Both the position numbers and the translations under genes were made by a program. DNA of 64,000 bases from a virus: IMG/VR virus record IMGVR_UViG_3300037346_000668, positions 1 to 64,000 of that record; one strand, 5' to 3'. How positions within the stretch are numbered: the first letter of the stretch is position 1; every line of letters begins with the position of its first letter. Under the pieces are notes generated by a model that was not told the DNA's origin, ran no database searches, and was given only the letters and a program-made list of their open reading frames with translations. Shown here piece by piece: positions 9,469 through 20,687 of this stretch.

Positions 9469-10502
9469 TATGAAAAGTATTCGAGAGCATTTATTTGCTC
9501 TTCCGTTAATTCAGTTGGTATTTTTATATTGGCTTTAACTAGTATGTCTCCATTTCCAAATCCATTAAATTCAGGTATTCCCTTACCAGGTAATCTAAAT
9601 ATCTTACCAGCTGAAGTTCCTGCAGGTATCCTTATTCTATATGCGGATCCCCTCAAATTTGTTAGTTCTATTTCTGTTCCTAAGCAAGCATCCTTGAATG
9701 ATATGTTTGCCTCATGAACCAGATTATTCCCATCCCTGGTATATGTTGAATGAACATATTCATTAATATTGACTATAAGATCACCAGGATTGCATGGGGA
9801 TTTAACCCAATCTCCCTTTCCTATAACCATATACGAAACCCCGGATATAGATCCTTTTGGTATATTTATATCCATTTCTTCCTCTCTTCTGATAGTTCCA
9901 TCGCCATAGCAAACCGGACATTTGACCTCAGCAATTTTTCCACTGCCTGTACATTTAAAACAATCCTCAACAACAGACATATCGCCAAAAGCATGTCTTA
10001 CTGTCCTGGTTTTTTTACCAAGCCCGTGACATTCGTCACAATCCTTGGAGTGTCCAAATTCTGCGCCTGACCCACTACAATCAATACATTGTGCTGCCCT
10101 ATTTACTTTAACTTTCTTTGCTACCCCAGTCATCATCTCCTCCAAGGTAATAGTAACATAAACATTTATATTATTACCTTTTCTTATTGTCTGATTTGGT
10201 ACATTTCCTCTACCTGGGCTCCAAAAGTTTCCGAAGTCAGCATTCTGGAATGGATTTCCCTGGTTTGTTCCTCCCCAGTTAAAACTTCCGCTGAATACAT
10301 TTGGATTATCATATTTTTCTCTCTTCTTCTGATCTGAAAGTGTCTCATATGCCTCGTTTATCTCCTTGAATTTTCCTTCCAGTATCGGATCGTTACCTGT
10401 CTTATCCGGATGATACTGGACAGCTAATTTCCTATATGCTTTCTTTATCTCTTCCGGTGTTGCATTTTTTGACACACCTAGAGTTTTATAGTGATCCGCC
10501 AT
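9468..10502 (-). CDS. dnaJ: DnaJ chaperone (type I)
   Basis: J-domain with HPD, G/F region, four CxxCxGxG repeats, C-terminal domain. Confidence 0.95.
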   Translation of the reverse strand: MADHYKTLGVSKNATPEEIKKAYRKLAVQYHPDKTGNDPILEGKFKEINEAYETLSDQKKREKYDNPNVFSGSFNWGGTNQGNPFQNADFGNFWSPGRGNVPNQTIRKGNNINVYVTITLEEMMTGVAKKVKVNRAAQCIDCSGSGAEFGHSKDCDECHGLGKKTRTVRHAFGDMSVVEDCFKCTGSGKIAEVKCPVCYGDGTIRREEEMDINIPKGSISGVSYMVIGKGDWVKSPCNPGDLIVNINEYVHSTYTRDGNNLVHEANISFKDACLGTEIELTNLRGSAYRIRIPAGTSAGKIFRLPGKGIPEFNGFGNGDILVKANIKIPTELTEEQINALEYFS

Positions 10503-10839
10503 TATTCAAAGTTGATTTAAAAATATCCTTTATTTTTATTGAGGCCTCACCCGGATCAATAGCTCCACGAGTTCTTAATTTATTTCTAAGAGGTAAAGAA
10601 AGATTTTTTATTTCCATACAAGTTTCATATTTTTCTATACCTTCCCAATATTTTAGCATCCTATTTATAAACAAATCTATTTGTTCATCATTATCAAAAA
10701 CATATACAAGATCATCAGATCTCTCTCTCAGGGAATTAAGAAATATGTCCTGTATGCATCTTTCAATATGTTTTTTTAATATACTATGCTGTGGGTGTGT
10801 GGGTAATCCACTCATTCCAGATCCATTGAGACTAATCAT
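10486..10839 (-). CDS. Hypothetical protein with UVR-like motif
   Basis: 117 aa; [15 protein letters not shown]. Confidence 0.5.
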   Translation of the reverse strand: MISLNGSGMSGLPTHPQHSILKKHIERCIQDIFLNSLRERSDDLVYVFDNDEQIDLFINRMLKYWEGIEKYETCMEIKNLSLPLRNKLRTRGAIDPGEASIKIKDIFKSTLNNGGSL

Positions 10840-11065
10840 TTTTCTCTTCGTGTAATTTTTCTTTTATCGTGGTGAAGAAATCAAAATCTGCTAAAAATAG
10901 GAAATCTGATACTAATACATCAACTTTAGCCTTCCCGAAAATTTCAACTAAATATCCATATTTAACTTCACCGTCTATAAGCTTATCTAGGCTATATTTT
11001 ATATCCGGGTTTTTTATATTGTCAGATAATGAATCTTCAAATTCTTCTACTACATTATTATTCAT
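10832..11065 (-). CDS. Hypothetical protein
   Basis: 77 aa; first gene after promoter at 11088-11115. Confidence 0.55.
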   Translation of the reverse strand: MNNNVVEEFEDSLSDNIKNPDIKYSLDKLIDGEVKYGYLVEIFGKAKVDVLVSDFLFLADFDFFTTIKEKLHEEKND

Positions 11066-11087
11066 TCTATATTAATTATGATTTAAT

Positions 11088-11115
11088 ATTATACACTGAT
11101 ATATTCTATGGTTTC
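11088..11115 (-). promoter_or_regulatory. Putative middle promoter GAAAC-N17-TATAAT
   Basis: Shared bipartite motif. Confidence 0.55.
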
Positions 11116-11144
11116 ATTATTAATATTTTTGACACCAATCTTCA

Positions 11145-12077
11145 TCAATCACATATTAACCCAGATTTAATATCATTAATATATTTTAGAAGTGCTTTCT
11201 CCTTCATCTTTACTTCAAATTCTATAGAAAAATCAAGACCATAAGTTTTAGGTCCTCTCCAGATCCAATCAGAGTGAGCAACCTCCTTCACTGATGAATC
11301 CTCAAATAATTTTTTAGAATCGGAATAATGTGTTATTGCAGGTATTCCATCGGGCCATGTGGACAGGCAAACCTCAAGTGATTCTTTCTCGCTTAACTTG
11401 GGTGGATTACATTCATTGTGAAGATAATCGAAAGTGACAGGTATACAGATTTTTTGATAAACCATAGAATATAGATCAAGCGAGGTATATTGTGATTTTT
11501 TATCATCAACCTCCACAACTAATCTACTCTTAACAGATTCTGGTAACAAAAAGAAATTTTCACAGAATCTATTTGCTGCGGTTTCTTTATCTGGTTTTGT
11601 CGTGTTGATGTGTATATTTATTGGATAATAAACGGATCTATCTAATCCCATCATATCCATTATCTCTCCGTGCTGCGATAATTCCTTTATTGCCTTAACG
11701 ACAACATCGGGTCTCTCCGATGCAAGAACTCCATATGGGGAAGGGTGGAATGTTATTCTCTGATCAACAGATTTAGCAAAATCACCACACTCCTTAAGTA
11801 TCTCGCATATCTCTGCATAATCATTAAGATCCGATATTTCATACTCGGAGCACCAAGGGAAAATATCACTTGACATTCTGTACATCTTTATAGAATTAGA
11901 TTCGTTCCATTCTAGTATCGTTTTAAGATCCTTAACATTTTGTAAAGAAAGTTCAGAAACATAATTAAGTCCCCTCTCAAGAAATGTTTTCTTAACCATT
12001 CCCCTATTCGTAGTGACCTTATTCTTACCCTCAGAAAGAGTCATGTTGATGCAGCAGTAACCTAATTTTCTATCCAT
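11145..12077 (-). CDS. uvsE: UV damage endonuclease (UVDE)
   Basis: LGYCCIN, MYRMSSDIFP, RITFHP, INIH, FDYLH, HYS, AHSD, EVKMKE. Confidence 0.92.
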   Translation of the reverse strand: MDRKLGYCCINMTLSEGKNKVTTNRGMVKKTFLERGLNYVSELSLQNVKDLKTILEWNESNSIKMYRMSSDIFPWCSEYEISDLNDYAEICEILKECGDFAKSVDQRITFHPSPYGVLASERPDVVVKAIKELSQHGEIMDMMGLDRSVYYPINIHINTTKPDKETAANRFCENFFLLPESVKSRLVVEVDDKKSQYTSLDLYSMVYQKICIPVTFDYLHNECNPPKLSEKESLEVCLSTWPDGIPAITHYSDSKKLFEDSSVKEVAHSDWIWRGPKTYGLDFSIEFEVKMKEKALLKYINDIKSGLICD

Positions 12078-12090
12078 GTTATTTTTTATG

Positions 12091-12113
12091 CAAATATAAA
12101 ATATTTATTCGAG
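12091..12113 (-). promoter_or_regulatory. Putative early promoter CTCG-N11-TATATTTG
   Basis: TAnnTTTG box 13 nt upstream of uvsE start. Confidence 0.5.
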
Positions 12114-12125
12114 ATTAAAAAATAA

Positions 12126-13910
12126 TTACATTGAACTTAGCCACTTTTTTCTCTCGCTTGCCAATTTACCAAATGCCATCTCTAAATGCTTTTTAGTTCC
12201 AGGATCTTCACGAAGTACTGTTACCCTCCTATTAGACATAACGTGATCCCAGTCTTCCAATGATAATGAACCGAGACCCTTAAGATACCTAACATTATTT
12301 TTGTCGCCTTTAGCTTTCTTAAATTCATCCATTGAGTAGTAATATTTTTTAACTCTATCGCCCACAGTAACTAAAGGGGTATCAAGAAAATGGATTCTAT
12401 TCTGTTTTATCATCCAAGGGAACCAGGTATAAAAAAGATTTATCAGAAGGGATGTGATATGTGCTCCGTCGGGATCCTGATCAGTAGCAATAACGACCTT
12501 CTCAAAGGGGCATGTTAAATTTTGTCCCTCCGGATCCAGATTTAATATTTGCATAAGTTCTAATATCTCTCTATTATCGGATAGATCAGAAAGACTCCTT
12601 GCATTTTTAATTTTTCCCTTCAGTGCATAAACACCATCCTTTTTAGGATCCCTCTTCTGTAATATAGATCCCATCGCGCTTAATCCCTCGACTATAAATA
12701 GATTCTCCGCTCTCATGGCTGTTGGTGGAAAATATTTATTAGAATTCTTTATTCTAATTCCTTTCTTCTCCTTTCTTATTTTTTTTAATTCTGACTCTTT
12801 TCTTCTATCATCTACCGACTTCTTAATTTTTTTATAAACATCGCTCTTAAAGAATTTATTGAGGACTGAATCAAAATGTCTCATTATAGTAGGCTCCACC
12901 TCCTCCCTTTTGGAAACAAATTTAGTTTTATTCTGATCACCAAATCTAACTATACTAGGAGACATATTTAGAATAATAAGGGTATCATAAAAGTGATGTC
13001 CTAGTGTATCATCAAGCTCTATGTTTATTTTGTCTTGTATAATTTTCTGATGTATCCCCGTACAAATGGCACTATTAACGAAAGAGAAAGTCCCGGATTC
13101 TGGTCTTTTCTCCCATATTAGTATTTCGCCAATGTTTGCTTTTGCTGACCAATCAGGATTAAGTCCAGATTGTATAGTTTCACTTTTGCCATTCCATATA
13201 AATTCTATTTTAAGAGATGCAGTTTTTTCCTCAGTTTCGAGAACTCTCTTCTTTAAACAAAGATATGATATTATTGTTGAATAATCCCATTTCGAATTGT
13301 CAAAGACCAATGAATTTGGTATAAATGAAACTCTAGTCCCAGTTTTTGTTCCCCTCTTCTTTGTAGTTATTGTTGGTTTATTGGACTTAAAAGAAATCCA
13401 TGTTTGTAAATAGGTCTCAGATGGATTCGTAGTTTCAATCTCAAACTTGTTTGAAAGTGCATTAACTAAAGAAACACCCATACCATTTGTACCAACTATA
13501 GATTCAGCTATATCATCATTATCGAAATTAGATCCGGCTCTAAGCATGGATACCGCGGTCTCAATATTAGTAAGCTTACTCTTCTTGTTTATGGTTGATC
13601 CGTTAGTGAATCCATCACCAGTATCTGTTATAGAAACAAGATTTTCTTTACTATCAACTTCAACTATTATGGTCTTCATCGGCGTAGACATCCTTTTCGC
13701 TTCGTCTACTGAATTTGCAAACACCTCATCGAACAATTTATACATTCCTATAGAATGTTCCTTATTCACAGCCTTAATGAAGCCATCACCGATTATTGGC
13801 AATGTCTCCTCACTCTTCTTTACTGATCCAACATACATAGTTGGTCTTTTTATGATGTGCTCAAAATCAGTAAGTACCTCTATGGTTTTATTGACCTTCT
13901 TATTATCCAT
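12126..13910 (-). CDS. gp39: DNA topoisomerase II, GyrB/ParE-like subunit (gp39+60 fused)
   Basis: HIIKRPTMYVGS, EVFANSVDE, GTNGMG, VEGLSA, LKGKIKN, TDQDPDGAHI, YLKGLG. Confidence 0.93.
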   Translation of the reverse strand: MDNKKVNKTIEVLTDFEHIIKRPTMYVGSVKKSEETLPIIGDGFIKAVNKEHSIGMYKLFDEVFANSVDEAKRMSTPMKTIIVEVDSKENLVSITDTGDGFTNGSTINKKSKLTNIETAVSMLRAGSNFDNDDIAESIVGTNGMGVSLVNALSNKFEIETTNPSETYLQTWISFKSNKPTITTKKRGTKTGTRVSFIPNSLVFDNSKWDYSTIISYLCLKKRVLETEEKTASLKIEFIWNGKSETIQSGLNPDWSAKANIGEILIWEKRPESGTFSFVNSAICTGIHQKIIQDKINIELDDTLGHHFYDTLIILNMSPSIVRFGDQNKTKFVSKREEVEPTIMRHFDSVLNKFFKSDVYKKIKKSVDDRRKESELKKIRKEKKGIRIKNSNKYFPPTAMRAENLFIVEGLSAMGSILQKRDPKKDGVYALKGKIKNARSLSDLSDNREILELMQILNLDPEGQNLTCPFEKVVIATDQDPDGAHITSLLINLFYTWFPWMIKQNRIHFLDTPLVTVGDRVKKYYYSMDEFKKAKGDKNNVRYLKGLGSLSLEDWDHVMSNRRVTVLREDPGTKKHLEMAFGKLASERKKWLSSM

Positions 13911-13930
13911 ATTTAATTTTTATGTTTATT

Positions 13931-13958
13931 ATTATATGCTCTTTCAAAAATTAATTTC
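13931..13958 (-). promoter_or_regulatory. Putative middle promoter GAAAT-N17-TATAAT
   Basis: Shared bipartite motif, just downstream of a terminator. Confidence 0.55.
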
Positions 13959-13961
13959 AAT

Positions 13962-13992
13962 AAAAAACCCTCAATGTTTAATTGAGGGTTTT
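13962..13992 (-). terminator. Intrinsic terminator
   Basis: Perfect 12-bp stem AAAACCCTCAAT/ATTGAGGGTTTT, 5-nt loop, T-run on minus strand. Confidence 0.85.
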
Positions 13993-14009
13993 AATTTATA
14001 TGTTTTATA

Positions 14010-14543
14010 TTAAGAATAAAATACTTCTTCTATTTGTCTAGGTTCAATAAATGTAGAAAAATAAGCAACTGACTCAGGTGTTGCAAAAGCTTCTTTTTTC
14101 TTGGAAACGGGAAGACCTATGATAAAATCAACGCCATCCAGATTGGTAATACCAGTAACTATATACTCGCTATCTATGAAAAGATTTCTACCTTCACCAC
14201 CATAGATATTATCCCCAGGAGCTACATCAGCAGCTTCTACTCTGCTTCCTCTTATGCTATGTTGCTCTTTTTCTATTCTTTTTCTTTCGATATCAAGCGT
14301 ATCAAGAACATGTTGAGGAGCTTTTTTCCCCTGCATCGGAAGATCAACAGTCATTGTTATTTCCTGGACCTGGCCAGTTTTTTGCTGATCTAAAAGGTCG
14401 CTTATATAAGAGAATATTTTTGTAGTAGATACCTCATCCTCCGGTTCAGCAGAAGGGCTCCTTCTAAAATCATCCATATTATAGACAGGAACTCCAGATT
14501 CGTTCAAACCCTCATAGGATTCAAATTCTAAAAGATGTTTCAT
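14010..14543 (-). CDS. Hypothetical protein with capsid-targeting-like N-terminus
   Basis: 177 aa; MKHLLEFESYEGLNES; GATATATA at 14561-14568. Confidence 0.65.
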   Translation of the reverse strand: MKHLLEFESYEGLNESGVPVYNMDDFRRSPSAEPEDEVSTTKIFSYISDLLDQQKTGQVQEITMTVDLPMQGKKAPQHVLDTLDIERKRIEKEQHSIRGSRVEAADVAPGDNIYGGEGRNLFIDSEYIVTGITNLDGVDFIIGLPVSKKKEAFATPESVAYFSTFIEPRQIEEVFYS

Positions 14544-14577
14544 TTATTAAATTTTTATTCTATATATCCGATAAAGA

Positions 14578-15837
14578 TTACTTTCTTTTATTCTTATCTG
14601 TCCCCATTTTAGCTAGCTGCGATTGCTTTGCTTTTTCCTGTGCACCTTTCTTATAGAAGTCCATGTTCTTAAGAAGTCTATTTTGTTCATCGCTAGGTAA
14701 GCTCTCGAAGAAAGGGGCGTTCAAGATAGCATTGGTTTTTTCCATAGCTATTTCTGGATTTCCTATATAATGTGCTGCTAGTGAATATTCATCCAATAAT
14801 CTCCATTGCCATATCTCAGCCTCTATGAACAGTATATCCTGAGTACCTCTGGTTTTTATTGCTATATCACCATATGAAAAAGCAATCAGATGCCTTTTCT
14901 GCTCCCTATATTTTCTCATTGTATGAAAAACAGCTTCAAGTCTTGATGGTCTATATTCCCATGCTCTAGAATAAAGCTCAGTAACCTCCGATATAGGTGC
15001 TCCTAATCTTTCCTTCATCTTAGCAATCATATACATGGAGTAATAAACTTCCTCCTCCCATCCACCCATTGCAATTCTTTTACCATAGGCTTCTATCGAT
15101 TTTTCAAGCTGGTTTGAATCCCTATAACTCTGAGCAAGATAGAACATATATCTTTCATTACCTGGTTCCTTCAAAAGTGCTTCCTCCAGGATCTTAGCAT
15201 CATTCGAATATTTTTCCTCCAATGAATCCGCTCTCTTAAGTGGAGAGATGTCAGCTATAACAAAGGAATTTGGAACAGGAGCTTGAAAAATTTGCTCCTT
15301 CTCTTCGTCCAAATGTAGGAATTCGTGTAATACCCCCTTATAAACCCAATTCTGTTCAGATTTAACGATCTGTGCCCTGTGATATTGAAGATTATTCAGT
15401 TTGTATAATATCTGATAACAATCTGGTCCTTTATCTAATCCAGCAAAAGGATTGATATTAGGATTCTCAGGGACAAAAGTGTCATCCGCATCTATAATCC
15501 ATCTATAATCACACTTTCCTTTAGCAAGATTTAAACTTTCGGTTCTATTAACCTCAAAATTTACCCAAGGTCTCTCGTGTAATTCGCCAGGAATGCCTAG
15601 GGATTCCATTGTTTTATTTATCACACTAATTGTGTTATCTGTAGATCCAGTATCTACTATTACCCAATATTTAATATACGGAGCAACAGCTCTAATACAT
15701 CTTTCCATTGTGTCCTCTTCGTCCTTAACGATCATAACCAAACAAAGATCTATCATCTGAACGTTATTAGGAACAGGTCTAGCAACATTAATTGGAGCTG
15801 CAACCTTTTTTTGTTTCTTTTTATTCTTAATACTCAT
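14578..15837 (-). CDS. GT2-family glycosyltransferase with TPR repeats
   Basis: LVMIVKDE, VDTGSTD, IDADD, GVLHE; TPR-like helices (FYLAQSYRD...). Confidence 0.88.
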   Translation of the reverse strand: MSIKNKKKQKKVAAPINVARPVPNNVQMIDLCLVMIVKDEEDTMERCIRAVAPYIKYWVIVDTGSTDNTISVINKTMESLGIPGELHERPWVNFEVNRTESLNLAKGKCDYRWIIDADDTFVPENPNINPFAGLDKGPDCYQILYKLNNLQYHRAQIVKSEQNWVYKGVLHEFLHLDEEKEQIFQAPVPNSFVIADISPLKRADSLEEKYSNDAKILEEALLKEPGNERYMFYLAQSYRDSNQLEKSIEAYGKRIAMGGWEEEVYYSMYMIAKMKERLGAPISEVTELYSRAWEYRPSRLEAVFHTMRKYREQKRHLIAFSYGDIAIKTRGTQDILFIEAEIWQWRLLDEYSLAAHYIGNPEIAMEKTNAILNAPFFESLPSDEQNRLLKNMDFYKKGAQEKAKQSQLAKMGTDKNKRK

Positions 15838-15854
15838 TTAAAACTTTTTAAATA

Positions 15855-16508
15855 TTATAGTTTAGTTACTAGTTTTGCTCCTCTTTTTTTAGAGATTTTT
15901 ATGCATTCAACCTCGCCCACAAGATCAAAGATTATCGATGCCTTATATTTATCATCAAGTTCCCTTGTTATTCCTCTTTTATTTCTGGATATATTTATTA
16001 GTGGTATTTCATACTTATTAAAAATTCCATCCTCGAATATCCATACCTTTATATTGAAATACTTATTCTCATATAATGAGTAATCGATCGGACCAATTTT
16101 TGGCGATATTCTACACTCAAATATATGCTTACCCTTAAAATTAAATTCAAGGAATATTAAATTATCATCATAAGGCGATGATAATATATTTCTACCAAAA
16201 TTAACACAATAGACCATTTTTTTAGCATCAAGCTCTAGAACTTTATACTCTAATTCATTGCTGGTTAGTATCGAATTTATATGGACAGGTATAGAATCAC
16301 TCTCACAATATAATCCTAAAAAACAATTCAATTCACCGGAATCAAATTTTTTCTGATTCCTAACCTCTATTTCACCATCTTTGGATAACATTAAAGAAAA
16401 ATAATCCAGGGAATCATGGAGTAGATTCCTCTGGATTATTTCTATATTTTTCTGTTGTGTTACTTTTTCCTTTATTGATTTTACAAAGTCCTCACTAGAT
16501 TTTTTCAT
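15855..16508 (-). CDS. Hypothetical protein
   Basis: 217 aa ORF overlapping the adk stop. Confidence 0.55.
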   Translation of the reverse strand: MKKSSEDFVKSIKEKVTQQKNIEIIQRNLLHDSLDYFSLMLSKDGEIEVRNQKKFDSGELNCFLGLYCESDSIPVHINSILTSNELEYKVLELDAKKMVYCVNFGRNILSSPYDDNLIFLEFNFKGKHIFECRISPKIGPIDYSLYENKYFNIKVWIFEDGIFNKYEIPLINISRNKRGITRELDDKYKASIIFDLVGEVECIKISKKRGAKLVTKL

Positions 16509-17163
16509 CTTTTTTCTTTTTAACTTCTTTAAGCCCGAGTTTTTTTACTATCGCTTTAAGAACCCCTTCCATCCCCAGATCGGCATCAATTTTTATTAAT
16601 TTTCTGCTTTTCTTATAAAAATCAACTAATGGAAACGTTTTCTCGTTATATTCAGCGAATCTTTTATCTATAACCTCATCACTAGCATCATCCTTTCTAC
16701 CTTCCTTCTTAGCTCTATTTCTTATTCTTTCCTTTGCTTTCTCTTCAGGAAGATCCATAAATATTGCGTGATTTAGACCAAGGCCAAGTTTGCCGAGTAG
16801 GGAATCCAATTTTCTAGCTTGTTTTATTGTTCTTGGATATCCGTCAAATATTATACCCTTATTAAGATCCAATTTTTTCATCTCTTTTCTTAACATCTTA
16901 AGCATCATAACATCAGATATGAATTTTCCTTCCTCTATAATCTTTTTTAAATCAGGATCGTCGGATTTTCTGATTAAATCTCCAGTAGAGATATGATTTA
17001 TACCAAATTTATCATTTAATTGTTTTGATAATGTTCCCTTACCAGATCCGGGTGCTCCTAGCATCACCAGAACATCACCTTGTGAATCTGGTAGCTCTCT
17101 TTCATTTAAAAATTCATCAAATTTTTTAATGACATCATCAGTAAACAGCTTCTTATTATTCAT
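16495..17163 (-). CDS. adk: Adenylate kinase (short LID) with N-terminal capsid-targeting-like extension
   Basis: GAPGSGKGT, HISTGDLIR, FDGYPRT, RKDD; N-terminal VIKKFDEFLNE. Confidence 0.92.
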   Translation of the reverse strand: MNNKKLFTDDVIKKFDEFLNERELPDSQGDVLVMLGAPGSGKGTLSKQLNDKFGINHISTGDLIRKSDDPDLKKIIEEGKFISDVMMLKMLRKEMKKLDLNKGIIFDGYPRTIKQARKLDSLLGKLGLGLNHAIFMDLPEEKAKERIRNRAKKEGRKDDASDEVIDKRFAEYNEKTFPLVDFYKKSRKLIKIDADLGMEGVLKAIVKKLGLKEVKKKKDEKI

Positions 17164-17177
17164 TATATCTTATTTTT

Positions 17178-19670
17178 TTATGATCCACACATATCACATT
17201 CGTCCGGATTGTCCAAACTACATGCAACCCCAGAGAGGACCTCTTCCGCAGCCTTGCTTAATTCCTCGCTGGTCATTCCATTAATTGTAACAGCAACAGA
17301 CTTATTAACTTCAGCAGGTGTTGTTTTTATTTCAGATCCACTCATGGATTTTTTAGTTTTTTCCATATCTATACCGAGTCCTGCAAGAGCATCAACTGCT
17401 GATTTAGTTCTTAGATAGTACATACCAGTCTTAAGACCAGCTTTCCATGAATAGAAGTGAGCAGAAGTTAATTTAGCAGAATTAACATTCTCTATAAATA
17501 AATTGAGAGACTGCGATTGACATATAAATTTACCCCTTCCCGCCGACATATCTATAAGATCCTTCTGTTTTATTTCCCAAACGGTTCTATAAATCTCTCT
17601 AATGTTCTCAGGTATCTGTTCTATGTTCTGGACGGACCCTTTGTGATAAACTATTAGATTTTTCATATCCTCACTCCATAAGCCAAGGGAAATAAGATCT
17701 TTTACTAGATGCTTATTTATTATAATAAATTCACCACTTAGAGTTCTTCTTGTGTATATATTTGAGGTGAATGGTTCAAATGCTTCGTTGTTACCCATAA
17801 TCTGAGCTGTCGAAGCTGTTGGCATCGGAGCTAATAGTAAAGAATTCCTTGCACCGTTCTTCATCACATCCTTTCTAAGTTTATTCCAATCCCATCTTCC
17901 TGATAACTGGTCATCATTAAATCCCCACATATTGAATTGGAATTCACCATTAGATAGAGGTGATCCTTGGAATGTCTCATAAGCTCCCTCTTTTTTAGCA
18001 AGTGTCATAGAAGAAGTCATTGCAGCAAAATATATCGTTTCGAATACTTCCTCATTGATTCTTTTAGCCTCTGGTGAAGCAAAAGGGATACCAAGAATTG
18101 CAAATAAATCAGCAAGACCCTGAATACCTATACCAATGGGTCTATGTCTCATGTTTGATTTTTTGGTCTCTGCTGTTGGGTAATAATTAACGTCTATAAC
18201 TTTATTAAGATTAAGAGTTGTTTGGTATACAACGTCATAAAGAGCCTGATGATCAACCTCGCATCTTCCTTTTGATATTTTTGAAGTTCTGTTATCTGTA
18301 GATTTAAGGAATTTATTAACCGGGATCGAAGCAAGATTACAAACAGCTTGCTCGTCCTTATCGGTATATTCCATGATTTCAGTACATAAATTGGAGCTTT
18401 TAATTGTACCTAAATTCTTCTGGTTTGATTTTTTATTAGCAGCATCCTTATATAAAATATACGGTGTACCGTTCTCTATTTGAGCATCGAGTATTCTAGT
18501 CCAAAGATCCCTAGCTTTCATAGTCTTTTTAGCTTTACCTGCAGCCTCAGCAGCTTCGTATGCAGCTTCGAATTCATCGCCATATAATTCCCAAAGACCA
18601 TGAACATCAGAGGGTGAAAATAAACTCCATTCTTTATCCTCCTCTACCCTTTTCATAAATAAATCTGGTGTCCATAAAGCTAAGAAAAGATCTCTAGCTC
18701 TAAATTCTTCCTTACCGTGATTTTTTCTAAGTTCTAGAAAATCCTCAATATCAGAGTGCCATGGTTCTATATAAATAGCAAAAGATCCTTTTCTTTTACC
18801 CCCACCCTGATCGACATATCTAGCAGTTTCATTGAAAACTTTAAGCATTGGAATTATACCATTAGAGGTACCATTCGTACCTCTAATATAAGATCCAGTA
18901 CCTCTCACATTATGCACTGCAAGACCTATTCCACCAGCATTTTGAGATATAGCAGCTACATCAGCTAGCGTTTTATAAATTCCAGTAATAGAATCATCTG
19001 ACATCATCAGAAGGAAACAAGAAGATAATTGGGGTTTCTTAGTACCTGCATTAAATAATGTAGGGGTTGCATGTGTCATCATGTGATTTGATAAAAGCTC
19101 GTAAGTTTTAATAACGCTCTTTATATCCTCACCCCATATTCCAGTGGCTACTCGCATGTACATGTGCTGTGGTGATTCGCACACTTCACCATTAGTCTTT
19201 AATAAATAACTTTTCTCAAGTGTTCTAAATCCAAAATATTCGAAATCAAAATCCCTTTCATGTATAATTGCTCCGTCAAGCTTCTGCTTGTTTTTCATAA
19301 CAACCTCATACGTGAGGTCATTTATAATACCAGCAGGTTCATTGGTTTCGGGATTTATATAATCATATAGATCCTGTATGGTCTCAGAGAATTTTTTCTT
19401 GGTCGTTTTATGTAATCTTGATACAGCTATTCTTGATGCTAATATAGAATAATCAGGATGTCTTGGTATTAACGAAGCAGCAGTCTCAGCAGTAAGATTG
19501 TCTAATTCCTGAGTTGTTATTCCATCATAGATACCAGCAATAACTTTCTGCGCTACCTCCATTGCATCAACATAATCGGTGTTTAATCCGTATGTCATTT
19601 TTCTTATTCTATTCGAAATTTTTTCAAACCTAACAGCTTCTTTCGAGCCATCTCTTTTAGTTACAAACAT
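17178..19670 (-). CDS. nrdA: Class Ia ribonucleotide reductase alpha subunit
   Basis: ATP cone (VTKRDG), TPTLFNAG, LSSCF, SNLCTEI, PTAST, GMYYLR, C-terminal CDMCGS. Confidence 0.97.
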   Translation of the reverse strand: MFVTKRDGSKEAVRFEKISNRIRKMTYGLNTDYVDAMEVAQKVIAGIYDGITTQELDNLTAETAASLIPRHPDYSILASRIAVSRLHKTTKKKFSETIQDLYDYINPETNEPAGIINDLTYEVVMKNKQKLDGAIIHERDFDFEYFGFRTLEKSYLLKTNGEVCESPQHMYMRVATGIWGEDIKSVIKTYELLSNHMMTHATPTLFNAGTKKPQLSSCFLLMMSDDSITGIYKTLADVAAISQNAGGIGLAVHNVRGTGSYIRGTNGTSNGIIPMLKVFNETARYVDQGGGKRKGSFAIYIEPWHSDIEDFLELRKNHGKEEFRARDLFLALWTPDLFMKRVEEDKEWSLFSPSDVHGLWELYGDEFEAAYEAAEAAGKAKKTMKARDLWTRILDAQIENGTPYILYKDAANKKSNQKNLGTIKSSNLCTEIMEYTDKDEQAVCNLASIPVNKFLKSTDNRTSKISKGRCEVDHQALYDVVYQTTLNLNKVIDVNYYPTAETKKSNMRHRPIGIGIQGLADLFAILGIPFASPEAKRINEEVFETIYFAAMTSSMTLAKKEGAYETFQGSPLSNGEFQFNMWGFNDDQLSGRWDWNKLRKDVMKNGARNSLLLAPMPTASTAQIMGNNEAFEPFTSNIYTRRTLSGEFIIINKHLVKDLISLGLWSEDMKNLIVYHKGSVQNIEQIPENIREIYRTVWEIKQKDLIDMSAGRGKFICQSQSLNLFIENVNSAKLTSAHFYSWKAGLKTGMYYLRTKSAVDALAGLGIDMEKTKKSMSGSEIKTTPAEVNKSVAVTINGMTSEELSKAAEEVLSGVACSLDNPDECDMCGS

Positions 19671-19686
19671 ATTTTAGATTAATTTT

Positions 19687-20670
19687 TTAGAAATCCTCGC
19701 CAAAAGCAAAGGTATCGGTATTTTTATTCATTATTCCTGACTTTTGGTAGTCACCAACCTTTTTCTCGAAGAAATTAGTTTTTCCCTGCAAAGCTATATT
19801 CTCCATAAAATCGAAAGGACAGGACACATTATAAACCTTAGAACATCCAAGATCAACTAATAATCTATCAGCAACAAATTCAAGGTACTGTTTCATAAGA
19901 TCCTGATTCATTCCTATCAATCTAACAGGAAGAGATTCTGTTATAAATTCCTTTTCTATCTCAAGCGCACTGAGAATTATTTCTTTTATTCTTTCCTCCG
20001 ATACTCTATTAGCTAAGTGCTCGTTATGAAGGAGAACAGCAAAATCACAATGCATTCCCTCATCCCTAGAAATCAATTCATTAGAAAAACAAAGACCAGG
20101 AAGCATACCCCTCTTTTTCATCCAGAAAATAGAACAAAATGACCCACTGAAGAATATACCCTCGACAGCAGCAAAAGCTATAAGTCTTTCCTGAAAACTT
20201 GCATTTCCTATCCAGTTTAATGCCCATTCAGCTTTTTTCTTAACTGCCGGTATATTATCAATAGCATTGAATAATCTATCTTTTTCAACTGGATCCTGAA
20301 TATAGGTATCTATAAGTAGAGAATAGGTCTCGGAATGGACATTCTCCATCATGATTTGGAAACCATAGAAAAATTTAGCCTCAGCATATTGAACCTCAGA
20401 GAGAAAATTTTCGGCAAGGTTCTCATTAACGATACCGTCAGATGCAGCAAAAAACGCCAGAACGTTCTTTATGAAATATCTCTCGTCGTCATTCATTTTA
20501 TTTCTCCAATCGTTAAGATCAGCAGATAGATCAATTTCTTCCGCTGTCCATATTGATGCTTGTTGTTCTTTGTACCTCTCCCAAATATCGTGATGTTCAA
20601 TTGGGAATATTACAAATCTATTGGGATTATCCGTCAGAATTGGTTCTGGTAAAGAGTATACGTCTTTCAT
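19687..20670 (-). CDS. nrdB: Class Ia ribonucleotide reductase beta subunit
   Basis: [33 protein letters not shown]. Confidence 0.97.
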   Translation of the reverse strand: MKDVYSLPEPILTDNPNRFVIFPIEHHDIWERYKEQQASIWTAEEIDLSADLNDWRNKMNDDERYFIKNVLAFFAASDGIVNENLAENFLSEVQYAEAKFFYGFQIMMENVHSETYSLLIDTYIQDPVEKDRLFNAIDNIPAVKKKAEWALNWIGNASFQERLIAFAAVEGIFFSGSFCSIFWMKKRGMLPGLCFSNELISRDEGMHCDFAVLLHNEHLANRVSEERIKEIILSALEIEKEFITESLPVRLIGMNQDLMKQYLEFVADRLLVDLGCSKVYNVSCPFDFMENIALQGKTNFFEKKVGDYQKSGIMNKNTDTFAFGEDF

Positions 20671-20687
20671 TTTTGTTTTGTTTTTTT

